The translations under genes were made by a program, and so were the position numbers. From the IMG/VR virus record IMGVR_UViG_3300045988_054550, positions 1 through 64,000 of that record: a stretch of DNA of 64,000 nucleotides; one strand, written 5' to 3'. The stretch's first letter is position 1, and every line of letters begins with the position of its first letter. Below, one piece after another: positions 8,410 through 17,604 of the stretch. The notes under the pieces are model-generated. The model ran no database searches, was not told where the DNA came from, and was given only the letters and a program-made list of their open reading frames with translations. Origin of the DNA: a virus.

Positions 8410-8704
8410 CTACTTCACCTCCTGCAATCTCATCGATGCACTGATTTCGACCATCGACCATACCGCACTGATAATCCGTCATATCATTCTCTGTAGTGCT
8501 CTTCTCCGGCAGTGGCTTCAATGGACACCAATCAGGTTTACCTTGACAATATCCATATTCACAATCAATCTTCTTCATGAGACTTGCGTCTTTATCGTCA
8601 TCTGAGATTGAACAACATGCTTCAACACCTTCATCTGTTTCATAACAGAATCTACAATCTAAGCAATTCTCTGGCGTATCTATCACTAACACTGATTTAC
8701 TCAT
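8381..8704 (-). CDS. hypothetical Cys-rich protein (107 aa)
   Basis: ORF track; CLDCRFC..C..C motifs. Confidence 0.55.
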   Translation of the reverse strand: MSKSVLVIDTPENCLDCRFCYETDEGVEACCSISDDDKDASLMKKIDCEYGYCQGKPDWCPLKPLPEKSTTENDMTDYQCGMVDGRNQCIDEIAGGEVDGEINKMGR

Positions 8705-8897
8705 TTTCTTCCTCCTTAAAACTAGACCACACGCTCATACTGTCAACTTCACAATCGCAGTTATTGTAGTCAATATCTTCTGATGCCCGTGTTTTTGCTA
8801 TTTCCTCAGCTTCTTCTTTTGTATCGGCTTCAATATCGTCATAATCAATTGATAAGCTCATTCCGACACTTACATACCATTTACTCATTCGCTTCAC
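8697..8897 (-). CDS. hypothetical acidic protein (66 aa)
   Basis: ORF track. Confidence 0.45.
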   Translation of the reverse strand: MKRMSKWYVSVGMSLSIDYDDIEADTKEEAEEIAKTRASEDIDYNNCDCEVDSMSVWSSFKEEENE

Positions 8898-9123
8898 TTC
8901 CTCTCAGCATCAGGCTCAAAGTATTGTACCCCGGACAAGTCCTGACTCCATTCCTGGTATCTCTTAACAATACACAATAAGGATATAACGTCATAACCTC
9001 ATAGACGTGTTCTGTGGCATCTTCGCCACGCTGGTCGATGTATTTGAAGCACTTTCCTGGTCTGAGAAAATATCTTGCGCATACATATGCTTTTGTCCCG
9101 AATCTTACGCTTGCACTACTCAT
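8881..9123 (-). CDS. hypothetical protein (80 aa)
   Basis: ORF track. Confidence 0.45.
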   Translation of the reverse strand: MSSASVRFGTKAYVCARYFLRPGKCFKYIDQRGEDATEHVYEVMTLYPYCVLLRDTRNGVRTCPGYNTLSLMLRGSEANE

Positions 9124-9401
9124 TCAATTCCACCCTCCTTCATGATTTTGATCAAATCATCAATAAGTGCATCTGAACAATCTTCACTGCATATTGTTTT
9201 TCCATCATCATTGTATTCACATGATCTACAATCAAAACTTGCTCTTCTGTATTCAATTTGGTTAATAACCTTGTCCACATCAAAAGCTGTCGACTGATTA
9301 TCAATCAACATTTGTGCCGCATTTCTTGTGTCTTGCGCAAATTCACTTGCACCAACAAAAACTTCGTTAAAATCGATCTTATCTGCATCAATCAGTCTCA
9401 T
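9120..9401 (-). CDS. hypothetical protein (93 aa)
   Basis: ORF track trimmed to MRLIDADK.., which is preceded by GGAGGAG. Confidence 0.5.
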   Translation of the reverse strand: MRLIDADKIDFNEVFVGASEFAQDTRNAAQMLIDNQSTAFDVDKVINQIEYRRASFDCRSCEYNDDGKTICSEDCSDALIDDLIKIMKEGGIE

Positions 9402-9531
9402 ATTCTTCACACTCCTCCGCATATTCATAACTGTCCGTATCATCACATCTGCATTGGCAGGAATCCTGTTTAGTACAGCAGATGCAGCACTCTCTTTCAC
9501 CATCCGGACAATCTAATTTACATCTTCCCAT
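9388..9531 (-). CDS. extremely Cys-rich miniprotein (47 aa)
   Basis: Hand-translated MGRCKLDCPDGERECCICCTKQDSCQCRCDD..; AGGAGG RBS. Confidence 0.45.
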   Translation of the reverse strand: MGRCKLDCPDGERECCICCTKQDSCQCRCDDTDSYEYAEECEEYETD

Positions 9532-9681
9532 TTAGTCCTCCTGAAGCTTTATCCCTCTTAAATGCTCGATAACTTTCTTCTGTTTCTCTTCTGTCTTGCA
9601 ATGTATTACAATGTCATAAGTATCATCATATGCACCAAATGTGTCATCTTTGTTCTGAACAAGCGTCATTTCATCGCTCAT
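9532..9681 (-). CDS. hypothetical miniprotein (49 aa)
   Basis: Hand-translated MSDEMTLVQNKDD..; ATGA overlap with the upstream gene. Confidence 0.4.
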   Translation of the reverse strand: MSDEMTLVQNKDDTFGAYDDTYDIVIHCKTEEKQKKVIEHLRGIKLQED

Positions 9682-10016
9682 ATTTCTACCTCACTATCCT
9701 CTGGCATCTGAAATATCATTTTTTTCATAAAATCTTTTCTAATAGTTTTTGCAATTAATGTATTATCTTTTCCCCTCTGAGATTCATTAGCCGATTTGCA
9801 GACATCAGGAAGAAGAATTTCATTTAATTTTGCATCTCCATAGGCTTCCTGAATCATATCCAGTACCTTAATAATCTTTTCTCTGCTAGAATAATTGCCG
9901 ATAAAATACAAACTATCAATAAATATTGCGAAGCATTTTCCTCTTTCGCAAATACCAATAGTTTTTACAAAATCAATATTCAATAACTGTTCTTTATCCT
10001 GACTTCTTATTAACAT
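9678..10016 (-). CDS. hypothetical protein (112 aa)
   Basis: ORF track. Confidence 0.5.
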   Translation of the reverse strand: MLIRSQDKEQLLNIDFVKTIGICERGKCFAIFIDSLYFIGNYSSREKIIKVLDMIQEAYGDAKLNEILLPDVCKSANESQRGKDNTLIAKTIRKDFMKKMIFQMPEDSEVEI

Positions 10017-10048
10017 ATTTCTCTCCTTTGAAATGCCAAATTCTTCTA

Positions 10049-10249
10049 CTAGCTCAATTTCTTACCACACATAGGGCAATAATTAATTTTAACAACCAAT
10101 CCATTTGAATCATATCCATGAATATCATATCCGTATGCAATAAGTTTTCTATGATATTGAATTGCTATACCATAATCATTAGTTTTACCTATTATAAGTG
10201 GAACACCTTTATCACAATATTTACATTTATTCATTTTTTTATTTTCCAT
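10049..10249 (-). CDS. zinc-ribbon protein (66 aa)
   Basis: CKYCDKG..CPMCGKK. Confidence 0.5.
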   Translation of the reverse strand: MENKKMNKCKYCDKGVPLIIGKTNDYGIAIQYHRKLIAYGYDIHGYDSNGLVVKINYCPMCGKKLS

Positions 10250-10548
10250 TATTCAATACTTACTTTCTTTCCAGAATACATTTTCATCCGCTTCATCTTT
10301 TTAAGAAATAGTTTCATTTCATATCCTGTAAGACCAACACAAGTATTTCCAATTCCTTTATCATCTCCTAAATCTGGATCATATGACTGTAAAATATGTC
10401 TACCAGATTTTTTGTGTTCAATGACAACTTTTTGTGTAAAATTATATTTCTTATCTTTTCTTTTATATACACACCCATACTTGTCTTCTTTTTCTTTTGT
10501 AAATCCAATTTCTGCTAATTTCTCATCTACTGTTTTAAATAATTTCAT
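10249..10548 (-). CDS. hypothetical protein (99 aa)
   Basis: ORF track. Confidence 0.5.
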   Translation of the reverse strand: MKLFKTVDEKLAEIGFTKEKEDKYGCVYKRKDKKYNFTQKVVIEHKKSGRHILQSYDPDLGDDKGIGNTCVGLTGYEMKLFLKKMKRMKMYSGKKVSIE

Positions 10549-10987
10549 TTTGTGTCCTCCTTATCTTCATAATTCATCACAATTGTAATTACCTGTACCA
10601 GAACTTTCTGAATCTGGTCGTAAATGTAATGATCGTCAGTTCCGAAATGAGAGCATAACACTGCGTTTCGTACACCTTCTGCGTAACAATCAGCCATAAA
10701 ATCAGTACTGTACACATCGTCTTTATTGTCAAGCTGTCCGTATTCTATCCACTGAGCTGTAATAAAATCTTCTACTTTTTCATCCACTACATCGTAGCTG
10801 TTTTTGTCTCCGTTAATATGTCTTACGCAACAGTCAATAAATCCTAATCTGTCGCAATCTCTATAATCTTTTGTTGTCTCCTGTGTATATTCTCCAAATA
10901 CACGATTGATTTCTTCGCAAAGTTATCTGGTAAATTAAAAATATCCACTTCCAGTCCTCTTGGAAGATTTATTGTGTAGCTTCTCAT
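10545..10987 (-). CDS. hypothetical protein, reading frame broken by an apparent 1-nt deletion near 10912-10922
   Basis: ATG at 10985-10987 (ATGA overlap with the upstream gene) opens MRSYTINLPRGLEVDIFNLPDN. The ORF-track part (10545-10787) continues the -1 frame ..EEINRVFGEYTQETTKDY... The span is 443 nt, one short of a multiple of 3. Confidence 0.5.
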
Positions 10988-11340
10988 TTTGTGTCCTCCT
11001 GATTTTTAAATTCCATCTTCAAATCGTAGACAAACTGGCAAAGCTTCTCTGCAACCTCATCCGCATTCTCTACATTTGAAAGCTGCCTAACATACTGCTT
11101 ACCGCAGATAACACAAGTCAACTTTCTGATTGTTTCCCAAACCTGCCATGAGATAATGGGAGAATCAAAAGCATCCGTCATCAGAGAATTTGCTCCGTGT
11201 CCATTCTCATCTTTGAACCACTTTTCTCTCGGTGCTTTTAATGTGGTTGCAACATCTTCTCTGGTAAGACAACCTTTGTATTTTTCGTCAATGCGCTTTT
11301 CCAGTTCATCCAGAAGTTCCTTCTTTTCCTGTTCTGTCAT
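10984..11340 (-). CDS. hypothetical protein (118 aa)
   Basis: ORF track. Confidence 0.5.
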   Translation of the reverse strand: MTEQEKKELLDELEKRIDEKYKGCLTREDVATTLKAPREKWFKDENGHGANSLMTDAFDSPIISWQVWETIRKLTCVICGKQYVRQLSNVENADEVAEKLCQFVYDLKMEFKNQEDTK

Positions 11341-11352
11341 TTTTATCCCCCT

Positions 11353-11592
11353 CTATTTAATACTGTCCAGAAATTTCTTAACCGCTTTATTTCCGCATTC
11401 ACGGCTTGCCTGATCAACAATCCTGTCAATAATACGTTCTTTATCCTGATAGATAATCTCTCTGACGCATTCCTTAACAACTGTATCGGTTCTTCTTCTA
11501 TCTGCCGAATACTCAGATTTATAGTCTCTAGCAACTATATTGAGAATTTCGTTTTTTAATTCTTCGTCAGAAATCTCGACTGTTATTTTCAT
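11353..11592 (-). CDS. hypothetical protein (79 aa)
   Basis: ORF track. Confidence 0.5.
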   Translation of the reverse strand: MKITVEISDEELKNEILNIVARDYKSEYSADRRRTDTVVKECVREIIYQDKERIIDRIVDQASRECGNKAVKKFLDSIK

Positions 11593-11655
11593 TTTCTACC
11601 CTCACTTTCCCCATGTAAGCAACTGACACGCTATTGTGCAGTCTTCCATGATTTC

Positions 11656-13038
11656 TTATCCAAATGCTACCTGCCCATTATTCTGCATGTAAATCATCGG
11701 CGCAGCTTTTCGCTCTCCGACTTTCAGATACGGGCAATTAGCTTTCACAAGTGCTTCTGCCATAACCGGCACAACGCTGTTTCCAATTCTCGCTACTTGT
11801 TTTGCAATCGGGTAATTTCTCCATTTATAGTCCCGATCAATAATGTAATCTTTTGGAAATCCCTGCATCACCTTTAATTCTTCCGGCTTTAGCATTCTGA
11901 GAAAAATATCTGATATGATGTATTTCTCTCCATGAATATCAACCAGAACGTTTACCAGTCCGAACCTGTCTTTTGTGGTAATAGTCCCTAGTGGCTCGTT
12001 AAGCACCTGTCCGCATCCTGTTCCATAATATTTGACCAAGAATGCAGATATCACGCCGAAGTGCCCGGGCGATGTGGTTATTGTATGGAGCGGTTCGTCA
12101 CATCCTTGACCGATTCCGGTCTTGTAATACTTTGTAATGAATGCAGTTACAAGTCCGTATCTGTTTGAGGTATCAATGGTTTTTATCGGTTCAGTCAGCA
12201 ATTGTCCTCTGGAATCACCTTGTCTGGTTTCTCCATGATACTGAATGATAAATGCCAATGCATCTTTGTTCTTTACAATGTACGGTTCTGGATTATCGAC
12301 GATATATTTTTTGATTCCATTTGCAATGCGCTTCTGTGTTGCTTCTGCCAGTGGTTTCGGACGGTCAAATATACTTTTACCTAAGTCTGACCAATCAATG
12401 TAATCTCCGCATTGCTCGTATGGCTTCAGACCGTCTGTCCCAAAACGATTATGTGTAGGCTTTGGCCATACTATCTGCTTTCCATCCATACGAAACACTG
12501 CGTACCACCTTTTTCGTGTCGTTGGTGCTCCATAATCTGCCGCTACTAATTCCCGGCTATCAAATTCATAGCCAATGGATTTCATAGCTGCTATGAATTT
12601 GTTATAGTCTTCACCTGCTCTGCTCTTAATTGGCTTTCCTGACTCATCCAGAGGCCCACACTGCTGTATCTCCTCTACATTTTCCATAATGATTACATCT
12701 GGAAGAATCGCCTTTGCGTGCTTATATACAGCCCACGGAAGAATGCGAAGCCCCTGCTTTCTCGGCTGACCTCCTTTTGCTTTTGAATGGCTCGTACAAT
12801 CCGGGGAAGCCCACATCAACGCTACGTGCTGGTTTCCGACATATTTCTGCAAGTCTACTTTGAAAATATCTTCTGTCAGATGCAGTGTTCCAGGGTGATT
12901 CGTCTTGTGCATCAGGATAGCGTCAGGGTCGTGATTGATTGCTATATCTACTGATCTGCCGAGCGCCATCTCAATTCCTACTGAAGCGCCACCTCCGCCT
13001 CAGCCTGCGAAACAATCAATTATTAACTGTTTCTGCAT
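11656..13038 (-). CDS. DNA (cytosine-5) methyltransferase with an in-frame TGA in motif I
   Basis: Motif IV SPDCTSHSKAKGG, then AINHDP..NHP. The upstream same-frame extension reads MQKQLIIDCFAG*GGGGASVGIE, with TGA at 13000-13002. Confidence 0.75.
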
Positions 13039-13480
13039 CTGGCATCACCTCGCTTTCTCCGAACCCAAATTCCTTGTTAATATCAAAAGAATCAAATTCG
13101 ATCTGTAATCCCATTTCTTCCTTAATTTCCTCGTATGCTGCTTCAACGCCGATTTCCTCAACATATCTTTCGGCTTCGGTAATCTTATCGATGAAATTCT
13201 GGTTTGCTTTCTTAAATCCCCATGCTTTCTTGATTGCAATTACAGAAATCAAAATATTTGCCACAGCAATATAATCTTCTGCTTTCCACAGCTTTTCCTG
13301 TGATTCTTTGATAAGTTGCTCTTTAATTTCCTGCTCTCTGGCGTTCAAATATGCTTTAAGAGATTCAATTTTTACTCCGGTCTGTCTGGATATCTGTTCC
13401 ATTGTAAAATTGGTTACATTAAGTGGCGCAGGGATTGAGTTCTTTTGGATTTTTGGTTTTTTGATCTTCAATTTTCCCAT
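13016..13480 (-). CDS. hypothetical protein (154 aa)
   Basis: ORF track. Confidence 0.5.
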   Translation of the reverse strand: MGKLKIKKPKIQKNSIPAPLNVTNFTMEQISRQTGVKIESLKAYLNAREQEIKEQLIKESQEKLWKAEDYIAVANILISVIAIKKAWGFKKANQNFIDKITEAERYVEEIGVEAAYEEIKEEMGLQIEFDSFDINKEFGFGESEVMPDAETVNN

Positions 13481-13725
13481 CCGACAGCCCTCCTTATTTT
13501 GCCTGTCAGAGCATCGAACTCCATCAGCATCCTCATATCGTTTTTATTTGATTTGCAGATTGTGTCCCGCCCATCGTACACAATCGCATATCTTTCATCG
13601 AGCAGATAGGCTGAATAAACCGCCCTTGATACCTGGCTTCTTGTTTTTCCTGTCAATTCTGATATTTCAGCAAGCGTCAGCTCCCCAATATACTTTGAAC
13701 CGTCGTATACGTCATAAAGTTTCAT
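13468..13725 (-). CDS. hypothetical, possibly HTH protein (85 aa)
   Basis: The segment LTLAEISELTGKTRSQVSRAV resembles an HTH. Confidence 0.45.
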   Translation of the reverse strand: MKLYDVYDGSKYIGELTLAEISELTGKTRSQVSRAVYSAYLLDERYAIVYDGRDTICKSNKNDMRMLMEFDALTGKIRRAVGWEN

Positions 13726-13975
13726 GTTTCTTTACTCCTATCAGTTCATATGTCCTGTGCGAGCCGTACCCGTTAAATGCAATCAGTCCATCTTCTTCAA
13801 ACTGTCTCAGATGCCTCTGAACGGCGCTAACACTGATATCAAGTTCTTCGGAAATCTTCTTTGTTGGCGGCGTTGTTTTATGATATTTCGCATATTTTCT
13901 GATGAAGTAATAGATGTCCTTGCGGTTCTGCATACATTGCATGTGTTTTTGATGCCTTAATTCATCCATATTCAC
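13712..13975 (-). CDS. winged-helix DNA-binding protein (87 aa)
   Basis: KKISEELDISVSAVQRHLRQFEEDGLI is an HTH/wHTH pattern. Confidence 0.55.
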   Translation of the reverse strand: MNMDELRHQKHMQCMQNRKDIYYFIRKYAKYHKTTPPTKKISEELDISVSAVQRHLRQFEEDGLIAFNGYGSHRTYELIGVKKHETL

Positions 13976-14568
13976 GATTCCTTTTCGTATGTTTTTTCAT
14001 CAATCAAGTTCTGGAACTTTTCAAAAGCCCGAATTGATACTTTGTTATTCTGTTTCTCTGGCTTCAAAGAAACTTGCAAGTGCGTGTCTATGATATGCGA
14101 CAGCTCTCTGGCAAGAGTTTTCTTTCCCTGCTGTACGCCTTGCATATATGTCTTTGGCGGTTTATACTGTCCTGTTACTTGCTTTCCTGTAGACTGCCCA
14201 CCTGCTGTGATGTTATACATCTGAAAACCTTTGTCGGCAAAAGATTTGATCGTTTCAATTTCTTTCTGGTCGAGTTCACTTTTTTTGCACGTCATATATG
14301 TAAGCTTCCATCCAGTGGGGTTACTTTCACTGTAAAATTTATGTTTTTTAAGACTTAACGCTATGTGATCGTATTCTCCTAAATGGCTCGCGCATCTCTC
14401 ACAAAGGCTAACTGCCTGCCCTACGTAGCTTCTTCTTATTCCTGCTTCATCTGTTCTGTAAAAAGCATATATGCCGCTTGAATATGGAATACCCGGGCAT
14501 ATTTCTTTTATTTTTTTCTCACGTTGACTTTTCATCATATAAATTTGTCTGTAATTTATTTTTTTCAT
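13972..14568 (-). CDS. GIY-YIG nuclease domain protein
   Basis: GIYAFYR..YVGQA..R...H pattern. Start trimmed to MKKINYRQ because the upstream part of the ORF overlaps the operator repeats. Confidence 0.6.
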   Translation of the reverse strand: MKKINYRQIYMMKSQREKKIKEICPGIPYSSGIYAFYRTDEAGIRRSYVGQAVSLCERCASHLGEYDHIALSLKKHKFYSESNPTGWKLTYMTCKKSELDQKEIETIKSFADKGFQMYNITAGGQSTGKQVTGQYKPPKTYMQGVQQGKKTLARELSHIIDTHLQVSLKPEKQNNKVSIRAFEKFQNLIDEKTYEKES

Positions 14569-14611
14569 TATTAAAAACTTATCACCTCGATTCATTCTTT
14601 GGTGTATTTTT

Positions 14612-14696
14612 GATACCACTATGATACCACTATGATACCATTTCAACACCTATATTGCAAGATAAAATGGTATCACTTTGGTATCACTTTGGCATC
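14612..14696. promoter_or_regulatory. operator array: 3 direct GATACCA(CTAT) repeats facing 3 inverted TGGTATC(ACTT) repeats, 11-bp period
   Basis: GATACCA at 14612, 14623 and 14634. TGGTATC at 14668 and 14679, TGGCATC at 14690. Lies between the divergent GIY-YIG and RHH genes. Confidence 0.7.
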
Positions 14697-14699
14697 TAA

Positions 14700-14728
14700 T
14701 TGACACCGATAGACAAAAATGCTACAAT
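14700..14728 (+). promoter_or_regulatory. promoter TTGACA-17-TACAAT for the RHH gene
   Basis: -35 at 14700-14705, -10 at 14723-14728. Confidence 0.65.
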
Positions 14729-14755
14729 GTTCTAAAAACAAGGGAGGGATTTCAT

Positions 14756-14908
14756 ATGGCTAGCAATTCTGATAAGACCAGAACTAATATCACGTTCCCG
14801 ATACAGCTCAAAGAACAACTTGAGCAGATTGCCAAGCAGGAGAACAGAAGTTTCAATAATCTGGTTATTACCATTCTCCAAGATTTTGTAAAAAGTGCCG
14901 ATAAATAG
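14756..14908 (+). CDS. ribbon-helix-helix (CopG/Arc-like) DNA-binding protein (50 aa)
   Basis: TRTNITFPIQLKEQLEQIAKQENRSFNNLVITILQDFV is a typical RHH pattern; GGGAGGG RBS. Confidence 0.65.
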   Translation: MASNSDKTRTNITFPIQLKEQLEQIAKQENRSFNNLVITILQDFVKSADK

Positions 14909-14985
14909 TCGGTGCTTTTTAATTTTCCCTGTATGGTTCCGGGATTTCCATTTCCTGTCTGTTGTGTGTGCTGTTCCTCCCTTGC

Positions 14986-15255
14986 TTATGAAGTTGTGTT
15001 ATTTTCTTTGTTATCCTCAATAGCTTTTCCAATACAAGCCATGACTGGCACAAAATCAAGCAAACATTCTCTTTCTACTGTTTTCGTTCCGCCTTTGTTG
15101 TGCCAACGTCCAACAATGTACAGACTTGCATTTGCAGTCAGAATATCTGTTTTCATATCCCAATAGTTGATGTGGATTTCATATGCGCACCCCGGACTAA
15201 TTGGATACACATAAATCCCTAATGTTTTCTCTTTCCAATTTTCAAATTTTTCCAT
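14986..15255 (-). CDS. hypothetical protein (89 aa)
   Basis: ORF track. Confidence 0.5.
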   Translation of the reverse strand: MEKFENWKEKTLGIYVYPISPGCAYEIHINYWDMKTDILTANASLYIVGRWHNKGGTKTVERECLLDFVPVMACIGKAIEDNKENNTTS

Positions 15256-15267
15256 AATTATCTCCTT

Positions 15268-16005
15268 TCAAAACGGGCATAAATTCAAATCAACATCCAG
15301 TCCCGGTCTTGCGATCTGCACCAGAACATCATCTCCTGCAACGTCCTGTATCTCTTTCTGCATCACTTCCGGATTCCCCCATCCCTCTGACAGGTGACAT
15401 AGCGTTATAGTCCTGAGCGAAGCGGTCTTGTTCACTCGAATAATCTCTTTTACAGTAGATAAACTGCTGTGCCCCCGGATGGAGTGTTCAAACTTAAACG
15501 AATCCTGTTCTGGCGATTCGTCCAGATGATTGCATTCTATAAGGAAGTGATTTATTCTCATGTTCTTAAATGTGAACGGCAAATATGAGAAGTCTGTCGC
15601 ATATATCAGTCGCCCGCATTCCTCATGCGATATCAGGTACGCGAAGTTTGGTGTATTGTCGTGTGGGACGTAGAACGGCGTTACCCGGAACGAACCTATG
15701 TCTTTTGGTTTCTTTTCTGGCAATCCGATCATCAGCTCCCCAGAGATTGCGTTTACGCTCTCAACCGTCTCGTCATTGGTGTAAATCTGAATACCGGACT
15801 GCATAAGATTCTGAAATGATTTCAGGTGATCTCCGTGTCCATGGGTCAGCAGACAGCCCGAAACATCTGATATCCTATAAGAAATTCCTTTTAAAATCTC
15901 TGAATACTTGCATCCACAATCCAAAAGCAAGATTTCGCCGGATTCGGTCTTGAGCGTATAGCAGTTTCCGAGTTGACTGCCTGTGTTTATCACTCTCATG
16001 AACAT
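15268..16005 (-). CDS. MBL-fold metallo-hydrolase
   Basis: HGHGDH motif plus downstream H/D ligand pattern. Confidence 0.75.
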   Translation of the reverse strand: MFMRVINTGSQLGNCYTLKTESGEILLLDCGCKYSEILKGISYRISDVSGCLLTHGHGDHLKSFQNLMQSGIQIYTNDETVESVNAISGELMIGLPEKKPKDIGSFRVTPFYVPHDNTPNFAYLISHEECGRLIYATDFSYLPFTFKNMRINHFLIECNHLDESPEQDSFKFEHSIRGHSSLSTVKEIIRVNKTASLRTITLCHLSEGWGNPEVMQKEIQDVAGDDVLVQIARPGLDVDLNLCPF

Positions 16006-16020
16006 TTCGCCACCTCACTT

Positions 16021-16641
16021 TCAATACTCAAAATCCAAATTGCTTATGAAATTCACGATTTTCCCATCTTCGATCACGACAAATTCTGTAACAAATTCAT
16101 CAACCTGATTAAGACCAGTTTCTATATATTCATCTTGCTTATCATCGTATTTTTCAAACCATCTTTCTACGCCGTCATCAACAGAAGTGTTCTTCATTAC
16201 AAAATACGGTATATCTTCCGATAACAGCTCTATTGCACTAGCAATCTTTTCGAATCTTTCAATGATGTGCTCTCTTTCTAGCACCGGGATATTATCTTCG
16301 GTGTCTCTGCAATAATTATTATTTTGCTTAATAAAGTCTCTTATTGCATTTGCCACACAGCTCTTATCTTTTGTGAAGAAAACCTGTTGTCCAGAAAATT
16401 CCCAGCAAATCCTGTCTACCGCATTGTCACAATTGTTAATTTCATTGTTTACTTCGTTCCAAAGAGAAGTATCATGAATGATATTTCTCTTAAATCCATG
16501 ACTTATTAATTTACTTGGCGGGATATATTTTTCTGTCAAAACATCCCACACAATAGGTGCAAACAGCCATGAATTTCCGAACTCTTCTATAACCTCTCCT
16601 TTGTAATCCTTATCAATTCCATATAAACTGCTATAACTCAT
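16021..16641 (-). CDS. hypothetical protein (206 aa)
   Basis: ORF track. Confidence 0.55.
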   Translation of the reverse strand: MSYSSLYGIDKDYKGEVIEEFGNSWLFAPIVWDVLTEKYIPPSKLISHGFKRNIIHDTSLWNEVNNEINNCDNAVDRICWEFSGQQVFFTKDKSCVANAIRDFIKQNNNYCRDTEDNIPVLEREHIIERFEKIASAIELLSEDIPYFVMKNTSVDDGVERWFEKYDDKQDEYIETGLNQVDEFVTEFVVIEDGKIVNFISNLDFEY

Positions 16642-16653
16642 TTTTTATACCTC

Positions 16654-16995
16654 TCAATCCTTTGGAAATCTGAATACAATGTTTGCTGGTTCGAATTTCA
16701 CATCTGGGCTGTTAACCATTGTTTTGATGATTCCAAAACCTCTTGCAGCCATTTTTATGCATTCCTCGTAATCGTCATCGCTCATTTCAACGTTTTGCGC
16801 AAGAAACATTCCTGCATACACTTTATGCAAGGCTTTCATAGCTTTTTGGGCTTTTCCATTTGTCGAATAACGAGCTATAATTGTTCCTTTTTCACCAACT
16901 ATCGGCACATATGCTATTATGATATTTCCTGTTCTACTTAATGCTGCGATTTCATAAGGAACATCAAATTCCCCGTTCTGACTTACTAATCTCAT
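16654..16995 (-). CDS. hypothetical protein (113 aa)
   Basis: ORF track. Confidence 0.5.
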   Translation of the reverse strand: MRLVSQNGEFDVPYEIAALSRTGNIIIAYVPIVGEKGTIIARYSTNGKAQKAMKALHKVYAGMFLAQNVEMSDDDYEECIKMAARGFGIIKTMVNSPDVKFEPANIVFRFPKD

Positions 16996-16997
16996 CT

Positions 16998-17603
16998 TTA
17001 TTCCTCCGCCTTAGATACAAAGATATTAGATTTTAAGATACAAACTGGGCGAACACCATTACAGTCGTCGCAAATGTAGCTATTGACATTGCCTGAAAGG
17101 GAAACAACGACCAAGGCTTTCCTCCATCCACGTTCTTTCGTTGACCATGGCGATAATGTCCAATACCAGTCGTTCAGGTCATTGTTCGGTGTAATATCTG
17201 TGTATTCTCGTGCTTCATCAAACGTAATCGGTCGAATTTTACAATCAACAGTCCCCAATTTCTGTCCATCCGCAGTGATAATATCTGCTGTGTGTGTTTC
17301 GATATTTTCTGCATCGAATTCTTCTTCGAAGTCTTTCAGAATTTCAATGTCACACAGTTTCTTTACCTTTGATGTTTTGTAATCTGAGGTATCACCAAAC
17401 TCTACATTTTCTTTCACCAGATCAAGCGAAATAATTTTCGTTGTATCTCCATACTGTTCCAGAACCTTGTATTTACGCTTTCCAGTGGTCTGAAACACAT
17501 CTCCTCGTTTCAGTGTTGACAACTCAACCTTTCCGGTTTCTTCCTGTTTTTCCAGAAGTTCAACCAGTTCCTTTGCTTTCTGTAAAATTTCTTTATTGTT
17601 CAT
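16998..17603 (-). CDS. hypothetical protein with a DUF6273-like C-terminus (201 aa)
   Basis: C-terminal WYWTLSPW..GNVNSY..NGVRPVCILK pattern, recalled. Confidence 0.45.
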   Translation of the reverse strand: MNNKEILQKAKELVELLEKQEETGKVELSTLKRGDVFQTTGKRKYKVLEQYGDTTKIISLDLVKENVEFGDTSDYKTSKVKKLCDIEILKDFEEEFDAENIETHTADIITADGQKLGTVDCKIRPITFDEAREYTDITPNNDLNDWYWTLSPWSTKERGWRKALVVVSLSGNVNSYICDDCNGVRPVCILKSNIFVSKAEE

Positions 17604-17604
17604 A

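Noticed and set aside
14612-14696. Short tandem repeats that might be taken for a mini CRISPR array
   Set aside because: The units are 11 bp with no unique spacers. They are arranged as 3 direct plus 3 inverted copies between divergent genes next to an RHH gene. This is an operator array, not CRISPR.
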